In this document: in pieces, positions 53,406 to 62,900 of the stretch
Numbering within the stretch: position 1 is the stretch's first letter
How the letters are laid out: each line of letters starts with the position of its first letter
Source of the DNA: Microcoleus sp.
GTDB taxonomy: Bacteria > Cyanobacteriota > Cyanobacteriia > Cyanobacteriales > Microcoleaceae
DNA: 64,000 nucleotides
Direction of reading: 5' to 3'
Assembly: GCA_042408215.1 (NCBI GenBank)
Contig: JAYFMW010000008.1
Coordinates: 128,001-192,000 of the forward strand
The notes under the pieces: model-generated
What the model saw: only the letters and a program-made list of their open reading frames with translations
What the model was told of the DNA's origin: nothing
Databases searched by the model: none
Program-made: the position numbers and the translations under genes

Positions 53406-53702
53406 ATGAAACCTGAGCGCATTGTTTCTGCTAAAGTTATTGACGATCGCACCTTGATAATTAAGTTTACCAATCTGGAAATCAAGAAGTACGACATCTC
53501 TAAGTTATTAGACAATCCGATGTTTGCGACATTACGAAATCCTGGGTTTTTCAGGAATTTTACAATTGAACCTGGTGGTTATGCACTGGTTTGGAATGAG
53601 GAGATAGATATTAGTGAATATGAACTTTGGCAGAATGGAATTAGTTGCACGGATGAGGAAAGTGAGCGATATATTGAATCTATTCATCAGGTTGTTCACT
53701 GA
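53406..53702 (+). CDS. DUF2442 protein
   Basis: IVSAKVIDDRTLIIKFTN...FATLRNPGFF...GGYALVWNEEIDISEYELW. Confidence 0.8.
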   Translation: MKPERIVSAKVIDDRTLIIKFTNLEIKKYDISKLLDNPMFATLRNPGFFRNFTIEPGGYALVWNEEIDISEYELWQNGISCTDEESERYIESIHQVVH

Positions 53703-53826
53703 GAAATAATACTTGACTATTCTGATAAATCGCACGTTTTGACTTATGCCAAAAGAGCGATCGCCCTTAGTTGAGAAAGAGAAAGAAAGGGCGATCGCGA
53801 TTTGCTGTTTAGTTTTCGCTGGAATG

Positions 53827-54012
53827 GCGATCGCAACAACACCGCAAGCATAATGTAGTTGCACCCTGGTCAACCAAAACATGATCTAGGGTGATGGAAT
53901 GTATTTACTCAGTGGGAATGAATCCTCGTACAGCAGCAGACTGGTTGGCGCGATTGGTAATGGTCAGCGTTGTTAAAACTTTACCGATTGATTTGTCGGA
54001 AGTTGCGTACAT
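53827..54012 (-). pseudogene. Truncated aspartyl-protease-like gene, copy A
   Basis: IGKVLTTLTITNRA...ITLDHVLVDQGATTLCL; internal stop; ends near a HIP1 site. Confidence 0.55.
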
Positions 54013-54205
54013 TGCGATCGCGCCTCCGAGTCCGCCTGGGGGTTCAGAAACCGGGTTTTTGCACTCATATATCGGTTGAGAGGCAAAAGTTATGTGAAAA
54101 ACCCGGTTTCTTTTGTTTGGGCAAAAAGCGATCGCCCTTTTTGTCAAGTAGACATGATTTGAGATAAACTAATATAGATGCTAACTTGAATTTTGAGGAA
54201 ATTAT

Positions 54206-54517
54206 ATGACAGCAGTCATTGCAGAACATATTGAAATTACTCCGGGTATTTGTGGCGGTAAAGCGCGCATTGCCGGCCATCGAATTAAAGTACAGGATAT
54301 TGCCATCTGGTACGAAGATATGGGACTTTCGCCGGATGAAATTGTTTATCACTATCCTTCAATTACTTTGGCAGATGTCTATGCTGCTTTGGCGTATTAT
54401 CACGATCGCCGGCAAGAAATCCGACAACAAATTAGAGAAGATGAAGCTTTTGCACGCGAGATGCAGGCGCAAACTCCTTCTCTGCTTCAGGAAAAATTAA
54501 GAAATCGCAATGTCTGA
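54206..54517 (+). CDS. DUF433 antitoxin-like protein
   Basis: HIEITPGICGGKARIAGHRIKV...YPSITLADVYAALAYY. Confidence 0.88.
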   Translation: MTAVIAEHIEITPGICGGKARIAGHRIKVQDIAIWYEDMGLSPDEIVYHYPSITLADVYAALAYYHDRRQEIRQQIREDEAFAREMQAQTPSLLQEKLRNRNV

Positions 54518-54843
54518 AACTATTCGCTTTCATTTGGATGAAAATGTTAGCAATGCGATCGCCGAAAGTTTGCGGCGGCGCGGCATTGACGTGACGACTA
54601 CGCCGTCAGCAGGGCTGATGGGTTTCTCAGATGAGGAACAGATTGCTTTTGCTGTGAATGAAGACCGGGTTATTTTTACTCAGGATACAGATTTCTTGCG
54701 GCTGAATCAAGAGGAGTTACTCATAATGGTATAGTTTATTGTCAGCAGAATAGTCGCTCAATTGGTGAAATTGTGCGGGTTTAATTTTAATTTGGGAGTA
54801 TGTAGAACTGGAAGAGATGCGCGGGCGGGTTGAATTTATTTGA
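54510..54843 (+). pseudogene. DUF5615 PIN-like toxin, two frameshifts
   Basis: RFHLDENV...SDEEQIAFA...RVIFTQDTDFL, continuing as THNGIVYC and LILIWEYVELEEMRGRVEFI* in other frames. Confidence 0.7.
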
Positions 54844-54949
54844 GGGTCAGATCGCACTTTTTGACTTATTCCAAAAGATCGATCGCCCTTTTTTGAGAAA
54901 AAGCAATAAAGGCCGATCGCGATTTGCTGTTGAGTTTTCGCTGGAATGG

Positions 54950-55133
54950 CGATCGCCTCATCTGGCAAGCATAATGTAGTTGCACCCCTGTCTACTAAAA
55001 CATGATCTAGCGTGATGGAACGTATTTGCTCAGTGGGAATGAATCCTCGTGTAGCAGCAGACTGGTCTGCACAATTGGTAACAGTCAGCATTGTTAAAAC
55101 TTTACCGATTGATTTGTCGGAAGTTGCGTACAT
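54950..55133 (-). pseudogene. Truncated aspartyl-protease-like gene, copy B
   Basis: IRSITLDHVLVDRGATTLCLP, then breaks at GCGATCGC. Confidence 0.55.
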
Positions 55134-55347
55134 ATCGAGCCTCCGAGTCCGCTTGGGGGTTCAGAAACCGGGTTTTTGCACTCATATATCGGTTGAGACG
55201 TAAAGGTTATGTAAAAAACCCGGTTTCTTTTGTTTGGGTAAAGGGCGATCGCCCTCCCCATCCCCAAAAAGGAATATGGTAAATAAAACAATCAGTAAGT
55301 TACAATTAGACTTACAATAATTAAGGAGTTATGAGGAATGTGTAAAT

Positions 55348-55692
55348 ATGGCAAAATTTCCGAACGAACTTGCGGAAATTATCTGGAATTTAAAACGCCA
55401 GTTGCTAGATATTGTTGATGCAGCAACAGCAGCAGAATTGACTCTGTTTGAATTGTTTGGAGAAACGAGTGATACAATCCCATTTCTTAATGAACTGAAA
55501 AGTGTGGCTGAACGTGCTGTACCCTGGTTTTCTCGGTTGTCTAATTTTCAGTTACGCATAGCTGAGTCTCAACCCACAATTTCGGCTGATATGCTAAACT
55601 TAGTAAACCAATCTATTGAACGCATCCAGATGGAAATTCCGGCAATGGAACGGAGTATTCAAGAAGTCAAAACGGAGTGGAATTTGCCATGA
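55348..55692 (+). CDS. Hypothetical helical protein
   Basis: 114-aa ORF; ATGA overlap with the next gene. Confidence 0.65.
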   Translation: MAKFPNELAEIIWNLKRQLLDIVDAATAAELTLFELFGETSDTIPFLNELKSVAERAVPWFSRLSNFQLRIAESQPTISADMLNLVNQSIERIQMEIPAMERSIQEVKTEWNLP

Positions 55693-55898
55693 CTAGCCAA
55701 CCGCGTATTCCCGATCCTGAAACAGCCAAGAGATTATTGGCTAATTTGCGTCGCAGTCGTTTAGCGATGGAAGCAGCGACTCTGGAATTAGAAGACATTA
55801 CGATGCAGTTGGAAAATGATAGCAGACAAAGGCGTTTGGTGAGATTAAGACAGGCAATTAAGGATGCTGAGGCTGCGAGTTTTTCAGTCAATGTCTGA
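55689..55898 (+). CDS. Hypothetical small protein coupled to the upstream gene
   Basis: MTSQPRIPDPETAKRLL; translational coupling. Confidence 0.55.
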   Translation: MTSQPRIPDPETAKRLLANLRRSRLAMEAATLELEDITMQLENDSRQRRLVRLRQAIKDAEAASFSVNV

Positions 55899-56090
55899 AA
55901 TTATTTCTTAAATATCGCCCCAAAACCGATAATTTTAATATTGACGAAAACACAAAGGGCGATCGCACGTTTTGACTTATTCCAAAAGGGCCAGATCCCT
56001 AGTTGTCAAGTAAACATCATTTGAGATAAACTAATCCTGAAACTATTCCCTAAAAATATCGCCCATCACCGACAATTTGAATGAACATCA

Positions 56091-56345
56091 TGTCCCCCCC
56101 TTAAGAAGGGGGGCTAGGGGGGATCAATCCAAGACTAAACGACCCAACCATGAATTTCAACCAACATCCAGTCCCCCCCTTCTTAAGGGGGGCTAGGGGG
56201 GATCAATCCAAGACTAAACAACCCAACCGACAATTTCAATGCACATCTTGTCCCCCCCTTCTTAAGGGGGGCTAGGGGGGATCAATCCAAGACTAAACAA
56301 CCCAACCATAAACTTAAACCAACATCCAGTCCCCCCTTAATAAGG
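56091..56345. repeat. Tandem ~79-bp units, each carrying the CCCCCC..TTAAGGGGGGCTAGGGGGGATC palindrome
   Basis: Units start near 56092, 56171 and 56250, with a partial unit at 56329; inverted copy at 56747-56781. Confidence 0.85.
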
Positions 56346-56360
56346 AGCACCAGGAAAATC

Positions 56361-56741
56361 ATGCCTTTATTAAAAGACTCAAACTTCCACCTACCATACA
56401 ACCCAAAACTCATCCCCATCGCCAAACAACTGCGAAAAAATCCAACTCCATCCGAAAAAAAACTGTGGCAGAATTTTCTGAGAAATTTCCCTTTTCGAGT
56501 TTTGAGACAACGAGCGATCGACAATTTTATTGTAGACTTTTATTGTGCGGCTTTACTGTTAGTAATTGAAATAGATGGCGAGAGTCATTTTACTGAAGAA
56601 GGGAAACTATATGATGCAGAAAGAACCGGGATTTTAGAGGGGTATGGATTGAAGGTTGTCAGGTTTACGAATGTTGATGTGTTGCAGAGTTTTGAAGGGG
56701 TTTGTGGGGAGTTGTTGGGTTTGATTGAGGGTGATTTTTGA
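56361..56741 (+). CDS. DUF559 / Vsr-like endonuclease
   Basis: AKQLRKNPTPSEKKLW...FIVDFYC...LVIEIDGESH...YDAERT...VVRFTN. Confidence 0.88.
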   Translation: MPLLKDSNFHLPYNPKLIPIAKQLRKNPTPSEKKLWQNFLRNFPFRVLRQRAIDNFIVDFYCAALLLVIEIDGESHFTEEGKLYDAERTGILEGYGLKVVRFTNVDVLQSFEGVCGELLGLIEGDF

Positions 56742-56868
56742 GGCCAGATCCCCCCTAACCCCCCTTAAGAAGGGGGGGACATGAAGGAGGATAGATTGTT
56801 CGCTAATTCCAAGCATCGCACTTTTTGACTTATTCCAAAAGGACGATCGACCTTGTAGTTTATCAAGG

Positions 56869-57246
56869 CTAAGCAGCCATCGGGCAAAGGCTCAGAGTTG
56901 AACAATCAACTTTAATTCTCGGTCGCAGTTCAACTTGAACTAAAGTTTTGAATTCTTCATTTTTGGGGGCAACTAAAAATTCTAATTTACCGTTAATATA
57001 ATCATTAATTTCAATAAAGTTCACGAGTTCAAAACACATAATACCCACAGTGCCATCGGCTATTTTTAATTCAATTTGAACTGATTTTTGAATGATATTC
57101 ATTCCAAATTTGAGGGTGACACCTAATGAATCTGTCACTTCATAACACCAATAGCCATCGGAGGGTTGGGAATCTTTTGGTTCTTCACAAAATAATTCTA
57201 GAAAAGCTAGTTCATCAAATCCATCATGTAAATTGATTTTTGCCAT
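56869..57246 (-). CDS. Hypothetical acidic protein, putative immunity protein
   Basis: 125 aa, AT-rich, 21 bp downstream of a toxin-like ORF. Confidence 0.5.
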   Translation of the reverse strand: MAKINLHDGFDELAFLELFCEEPKDSQPSDGYWCYEVTDSLGVTLKFGMNIIQKSVQIELKIADGTVGIMCFELVNFIEINDYINGKLEFLVAPKNEEFKTLVQVELRPRIKVDCSTLSLCPMAA

Positions 57247-57267
57247 TTTCTTACCTAAGATATTGAG

Positions 57268-57675
57268 TTATTTTCCATAGATTATAGCACTGAGAAAGCG
57301 GCGAGTTCCATCGGGCAAGACTTCCCATGAACTTTGGACTTGGGCGAATTTTCCGGTTCTGCCCGGTAACAGTGAATCTCTAAGCTCTGTATCTATTGTA
57401 GCCTCTTCTCCTGTAGTGTGGTTTGTATAAATATTAATAAATCGCTCAACAATATTACTTTCTTCTTGGACTGCTTGTTCTAGATGAGTTTGAATAAATT
57501 GACGAGATTCTGAATCGTCATCAAATCCCAAGCGATTTAGTTGTTGTCTATTTTGTACCGCTCTTTTTGAGTTATGAGCGTCTGGCTTTATGTTGACATT
57601 GAATAAGTAATCGAGCTTGCGATCGTTAATGATGCAGGGTGTTTTTGCGTCGGTGGGTCGATCGGATTGTGTCAA
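57268..57675 (-). CDS. Putative orphan toxin C-terminal domain
   Basis: KLDYLF...AHNSKRA...LNRLG...RDSLLPGRTGKFA...WEVLPDGTRRF resembles polymorphic toxin tips (from memory, not searched). Confidence 0.45.
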   Translation of the reverse strand: MTQSDRPTDAKTPCIINDRKLDYLFNVNIKPDAHNSKRAVQNRQQLNRLGFDDDSESRQFIQTHLEQAVQEESNIVERFINIYTNHTTGEEATIDTELRDSLLPGRTGKFAQVQSSWEVLPDGTRRFLSAIIYGK

Positions 57676-57917
57676 TGGCTGATTTTTAAAATATAGATTT
57701 TGGGAATTGTAGGATTATATCATTTTGGCAGTTTTTTCATCCTACAGCACGATCGCACTCACAGCCCCAAAAAGTCGATCGCCCTTTTTGATTTATTCCA
57801 AAAGAGTGATCGCACTTTCTTGAGAAAGAGAAAGAAAGGTCGATCGCCCGTCGCACTCAAAAACCAGCCGTCACTTATCTATCTGGAGGGAGGCGCTAGT
57901 TTTATGCAGAATGTCGC

Positions 57918-59096
57918 CTAATCTTCAGAAAACTTTACAAATCGGAGATTTGAGTCTGGAAAAGTTGACTCAGGAAGGGCGATCGTCAAAACGTTCTCTA
58001 ACAACTCAAAAATTGTTTGCTTCGCAGCTAACAAAAGGGCGCAGTTTTGGGGGTTGAGAGTGAGGGAATCCAACCACGGCAGGCTGGTTTCGCTAATAGC
58101 TTCCAGGTGGCGGCAAAGCAGATGGGGGGCAATTTCGGTGGCGCTTTGTTCGAGGATTTTGGGAACGGCTTGCAGAAGGTTGGCTAGGGTGGCGGCATCG
58201 GGAGATTCCCAGACATAATCTGGTAATGACATGAGTTTAGCTGCGATTTCTGTAGGGGAAATTTCGTCGCCCCCATTGGTTTCTAACTGAATGATGCCTT
58301 GCTGCTGTGCTTTTTGCAGCAGGGTACAGCAACGAAGATATGCAGATTGAACGCGATGGAGGCTATCTTGCGGGGTGGGTTTTCCTGCTGTGCTGATGTT
58401 AATGGGAGCAACTTCTGTGAGGGGAACTCGGAGGCTGTACCAGCGCAGTGCATCCATACTCACGGCTTTGAGCAATTCTGCGGGGGCGATGTCGGGGATG
58501 GGATGGATTTGCTGGGTAGGTTTGTGGAAGGCGTAGAGTTTGATGGGTTGAACGATGATGAATTGAAATTGCTCTTTGGTGTAGCCTAAGCATTGCATGG
58601 CGGCGGTGAGTAGGATGTCGTAGCCGGTGTAAGTAGTGGGACGAATGAGGATGATTTTGTCATAGCCTTGTTGGAATATTTGATGGTAGCGGGCGATATC
58701 TTCTAGGAGTTGGGTGAATTCGCCGTCGCGGTGTTGGAGGACGCGATCGTAGTCATCGCCAAAGTCGGCGGTTTTGATAAACCAGTCTTTGGGTTCGTCT
58801 TTGAGGGCGGTTTGTTCGATGTTGGGGGGAAGGTCGGCGGCAAGTTGACGGGAAAGGGAGGCTTTGTAAATCTTTTGGCTGGTTTTAATTGAGTTAAAAA
58901 AGAGTTCAATATTAGGTAATATTTCTTGGTTATTTGCACTTTCTGTACTCACAAAATTGTAGCATTTTTCTAGGATGTTCTTAACAGTCGTTGTCAGGGA
59001 GCAACGAATATAAGCTGAGGAAGGAAGAGTTTCTAAAGGATATTCGGGAAGGCTCAACCAAATTTTAGCCGATTTTTGGGATAATGCCATCATCAT
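57918..59096 (-). CDS. Truncated arginyl-tRNA-synthetase-like protein (partial core plus DALR domain) with a novel N-terminus
   Basis: KTADFGDDYDRVLQHRDG...EDIARYH...GYDKII; MDALRWY; RVQSAYLRCCTLL; no HIGH motif seen. Confidence 0.65.
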   Translation of the reverse strand: MMMALSQKSAKIWLSLPEYPLETLPSSAYIRCSLTTTVKNILEKCYNFVSTESANNQEILPNIELFFNSIKTSQKIYKASLSRQLAADLPPNIEQTALKDEPKDWFIKTADFGDDYDRVLQHRDGEFTQLLEDIARYHQIFQQGYDKIILIRPTTYTGYDILLTAAMQCLGYTKEQFQFIIVQPIKLYAFHKPTQQIHPIPDIAPAELLKAVSMDALRWYSLRVPLTEVAPINISTAGKPTPQDSLHRVQSAYLRCCTLLQKAQQQGIIQLETNGGDEISPTEIAAKLMSLPDYVWESPDAATLANLLQAVPKILEQSATEIAPHLLCRHLEAISETSLPWLDSLTLNPQNCALLLAAKQTIFELLENVLTIALPESTFPDSNLRFVKFSED

Positions 59097-59103
59097 TTCA
59101 CAC

Positions 59104-59385
59104 TTAAACTAGGGATGATATTTGTGGCAGCGGATTGGCGGGAGAGGGAGGCTTTGTAAATGCGATCGCTCTTTTGAATTGATTGAATAAATTCGTCAAG
59201 ATTGGGTGCGAGCTTCTGATTTTGGTTAATGTGTAAGGTGACGAACAATCAGAGCGTTGCAGAAAATTTTTGACAGTGATTGTAACACTACAGCGAATGT
59301 CCACTAAATAGGAGGCTATCCCTAAAGGTGTGTTAACGTAGCTTAATCAAATTTTATTTATCTGCCTCAATAATCGCTGCATATT
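59104..59385 (-). pseudogene. Decayed paralogue of the N-terminal domain of 57918..59096
   Basis: DIRCSVTITVKNFL versus YIRCSLTTTVKNIL; shared DNA ggaggctttgtaaat. Confidence 0.55.
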
Positions 59386-59400
59386 CTTATACTCCTTAAG

Positions 59401-59931
59401 CTAAACCATGTATTCCCAGCCTTTTTCATTCTCAATAAAGCTCTTAATATCAGATTTAAAACGCTTTAGAAAGCCGAGAAAATCATTAGATAATAATTTG
59501 ATATGTTTTGTTTGCCCATCGAATGTCCCATGATAAACAGATCCGGCAGGCAAATACAATACCTCATTATGTTCATCAACACGTAGTGCAAAGCGACCAC
59601 CACCACCATCCGATCCGAAAACTATTATTTTACAATTAATAGGTTCAGATATTCTAACTGGTTCACCGTTTTCAATTCCTCTTAGAATACCTTCAATTGT
59701 GTGGATGTAATAGCCCACATAAACATCTGGAAGATTGAGTCCATCACATTGCTCAAAGAAGGATATAAAGGAAGATGATGAAGCTAGTCCTGATATTGTC
59801 ATCAGATGGGGTAATAGTGTGTTGTTCCCTGGAATTCGGATCATATTATCCCCTAAAGGATAATTGAAGGCTATTTCGTTCATTTTTTTCAACATTAAAT
59901 TAACTTCATCTATCCATTTAATTACGTTCAT
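59401..59931 (-). CDS. SMI1/KNR4 (SUKH) family immunity protein
   Basis: FFEQCDG, IIVFGSDGGGGRFAL, LLSNDFLGFL; 10 bp downstream of the toxin. Confidence 0.72.
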   Translation of the reverse strand: MNVIKWIDEVNLMLKKMNEIAFNYPLGDNMIRIPGNNTLLPHLMTISGLASSSSFISFFEQCDGLNLPDVYVGYYIHTIEGILRGIENGEPVRISEPINCKIIVFGSDGGGGRFALRVDEHNEVLYLPAGSVYHGTFDGQTKHIKLLSNDFLGFLKRFKSDIKSFIENEKGWEYMV

Positions 59932-59941
59932 TTAGTCTCCT

Positions 59942-62900
59942 TTATTGAAACCAGTGCTGGCTGTATTGTCGATCTATCTGTTTTGCAAAATTTTCAATTT
60001 GCAATCGAGTTGCACTCGGATTTGAACGTTGAAACTCTGCCCAATCATTTGTGATCTGTTGGTGAATGTTTTCGTCAGCGCGAGAGCCTTTAACTCCACG
60101 AATGTTTGAGGGAGCGTGATAATCAAAGTTTTGAAATTCTGGATGGTCTTTGTAGAACTGAGGTATGGCATGATGAGCATCCCAATCATCTGGGAGCCTG
60201 GGTTGACCTTTAGCAGCTCTGTCTGCATTATACCTGCCACGGTAATTATCAGGTGCTGGGACTCTTGAACTGACCACCTCGTCAACTTTCCCTTTAAGAA
60301 AAGCAAACGCTTTATCCACTTTCTGTGGAACTTCTCGCCTTAGTTGCCGAACATTGTCTGCTAGATCGGCAAAGAACCCTTCATTCGGCAATTTTCCAAT
60401 TACATACTCATGCTGAAGGATACCCAGCTTGGGTAGTAGGTTGTCAAATGAGCGAATCCCATCATTGAGTTTCCGTAATAACCCTTCGATAGTATCCAAA
60501 ATCTTGAGGTAGAAATTTTTAGACTTGGTAGCTAGTGAGTCCCAATCAGTTCGCTTCGCAAAATCAACAACAGCATCAACAATAGTAGGACCTAGCTTTC
60601 TCATTTCTGTCACGAAATCAGCATTGCGAGCTACTTTGGTGACACCTTTAATAGCCCCTCCTGCCACTGGAACCAGACCAACTAAGGAACCGACAACACC
60701 CACCCAGTTCCAAGCATCTTGCATCTCAGATGGGTTATCGATAAATTTCTTAGTGTAGGCAATCAAGTCACGAACATCACCAATTTCTCCAGCAATCGGA
60801 ATCATACCAATTGCAGAATCAAGCAGAACTTGCCAGATTGAGGGATCATTATTAAATTCTCCCATCAAAGCACCGATGACAAAGTTGCTAGCACTACCTA
60901 AGCCATTAACAAAATCATCAAGTAAACGTTTGTAGAGATTGCCTTGATCTTTGATCGCCTTCTCTACACCTGTTCGAGTGGCAGCAATCTTAGCATCGAC
61001 TCCATTAATTTGATTCCACAAGTGACCTGTCTTGTCTCCCAAAATGGCATTGACAATATCCGCCACCGTCTTCTGAGTGCGAGGTTCAATCCAATCAATA
61101 ATCCCCTTCAGACCACTTCCAATTCCGCTAATTGTCGATTGGAAACCATCCGCAACACCATCCACCGCAGGCTTGACAATGTTGTTGTAAACATTGAAAT
61201 TAAACTTAACACCATACTGATCGACATTGATGCCAAGATTTTTCGTCCAATCAGTAGCGCTCAGGACGTGACCTTTGAACTCTCCAATCAGATTATTAGC
61301 ACCTCGAACGGCTTGATCGACCTTAGTTCGGAAAGTTTGAGCCGCATTCGCAATAATCTGATTAATCTCTGCTCCAGTGCGGTAGGCATTCTTGATCGTA
61401 TCAAAGAATTGCTGGATTGCTGAATTCACTCCATTTTGAATCTCAATTAGCTTACCTCTGAGCCAACTACGAGCGCTATTAACCGCACTCGTGACAGCAT
61501 CTCGTCCTTGGCGAATTAACCATTTAGCGTCATTTTTCCGATCTTTTACCCAGCCAATTCCGTAATCAGGAACTTGATTTACTGTGTTTTCTAAGCTATT
61601 CGCAAACGAATTAGCTTTATTGATAATCCCATCAGCCAGATTATCAACTTGACCCTTAATCGGATTAGCAATGCCATCAACCCAAACATTGGCATTATGA
61701 CGAGCATCATCCAAAGCCTGATGAACCTTTTGCCGTTGCTCCGCATTCATCTGGTCGAGCAACTCTTGCATCTGTTGCTCATAGCTGCGCTTCTCGCGCT
61801 CAAGTTCGGCAATCTTGGCATTAGCCTTAGCCCGCTCTGGCACTGAAAAATTCGCCAATGCCGTATCATAAATGCGCTGAATACGCGAATCGCTGAACAG
61901 TGAGCCAGAAGCCCCACCGCCACCACCACTATTGCCATTACCACCAACTTTCCACCCTAAAGGTGGCCCTATTTCTGATTGAGAGAGCTTGTGTTTGAAC
62001 TTAACAATCAGCTCGTAATCCGTCGTCACACCTTTAGGACTATTGACTCGCAGCATATAAGTACCAGGAATCAAATCAGCAATAATTTGCTCATCCGTAA
62101 TTCCCTCCCGCATCGAATAGGCAATAGGTTCATTCCGCACATCGTAGAGAACCAAATCTGCATCAGCCAACAGCTTTTTCAGTTCAGCCGTAATCCGACC
62201 ACCGCGAGACAAAGTAAAGCGATAGTAATCATCCGGCACCAAATGTCCAACTGTTTCACCCGTTAAAGATGTCTCAAACGGATCGACAGGCCCAAACTCA
62301 GGCATAGGCTTGGCAAGATACCAATCCAATCCTCCCTTACCTTGCTGACGAGCAATCTCCGCTTGACGAGCCAACTCAGCCAACCGCGCTTCTTCCAGAC
62401 GGCGTTCTTCCTCTTGGCGACGGCGTTCCATTTGTTCACGCAAACGCCGTTGTTGGTCTTCAAGTTCCCGTTGCTGGGCTTCCGCTTCCCGTCGCCGTGC
62501 TTCCTCTTCTTGACGAACTCGCTCTTGATCCCGCGCAAAAGCCTCTTCCTGTTCCCGCCGAATACGAGCTTCTTCTTCCTGCCGCTGCCTTAATTCTGCT
62601 TCGCGCTGTAGCCGTTCTGCCTCTTGTTCTTGCTCATAGTTGGGATGCCAGACTGGAATCCAACCTTCATTGCCTTGGACAATCCAGTTAGGATCGGGAA
62701 AACCATTCTTATTGGAAATAAATCGCCAATAATCCGGGTCATTAGCTTTCGCAATAGCAGAACGATGGTCGTCCTTACTAGGATGTGTCATCCGTTGAAG
62801 AACGTAGTCGCTAATCGTATGACCTTGCCGCCAGTTTCCAATAACAATCTTTTCCCAATCGTAATACTCGCCATTCTTCGAGAACCGTTCCGCGTGCGCC

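Noticed and set aside
57918..59096. Functional argS
   Set aside because: Too short, and lacks the HIGH motif and N-terminal domain.
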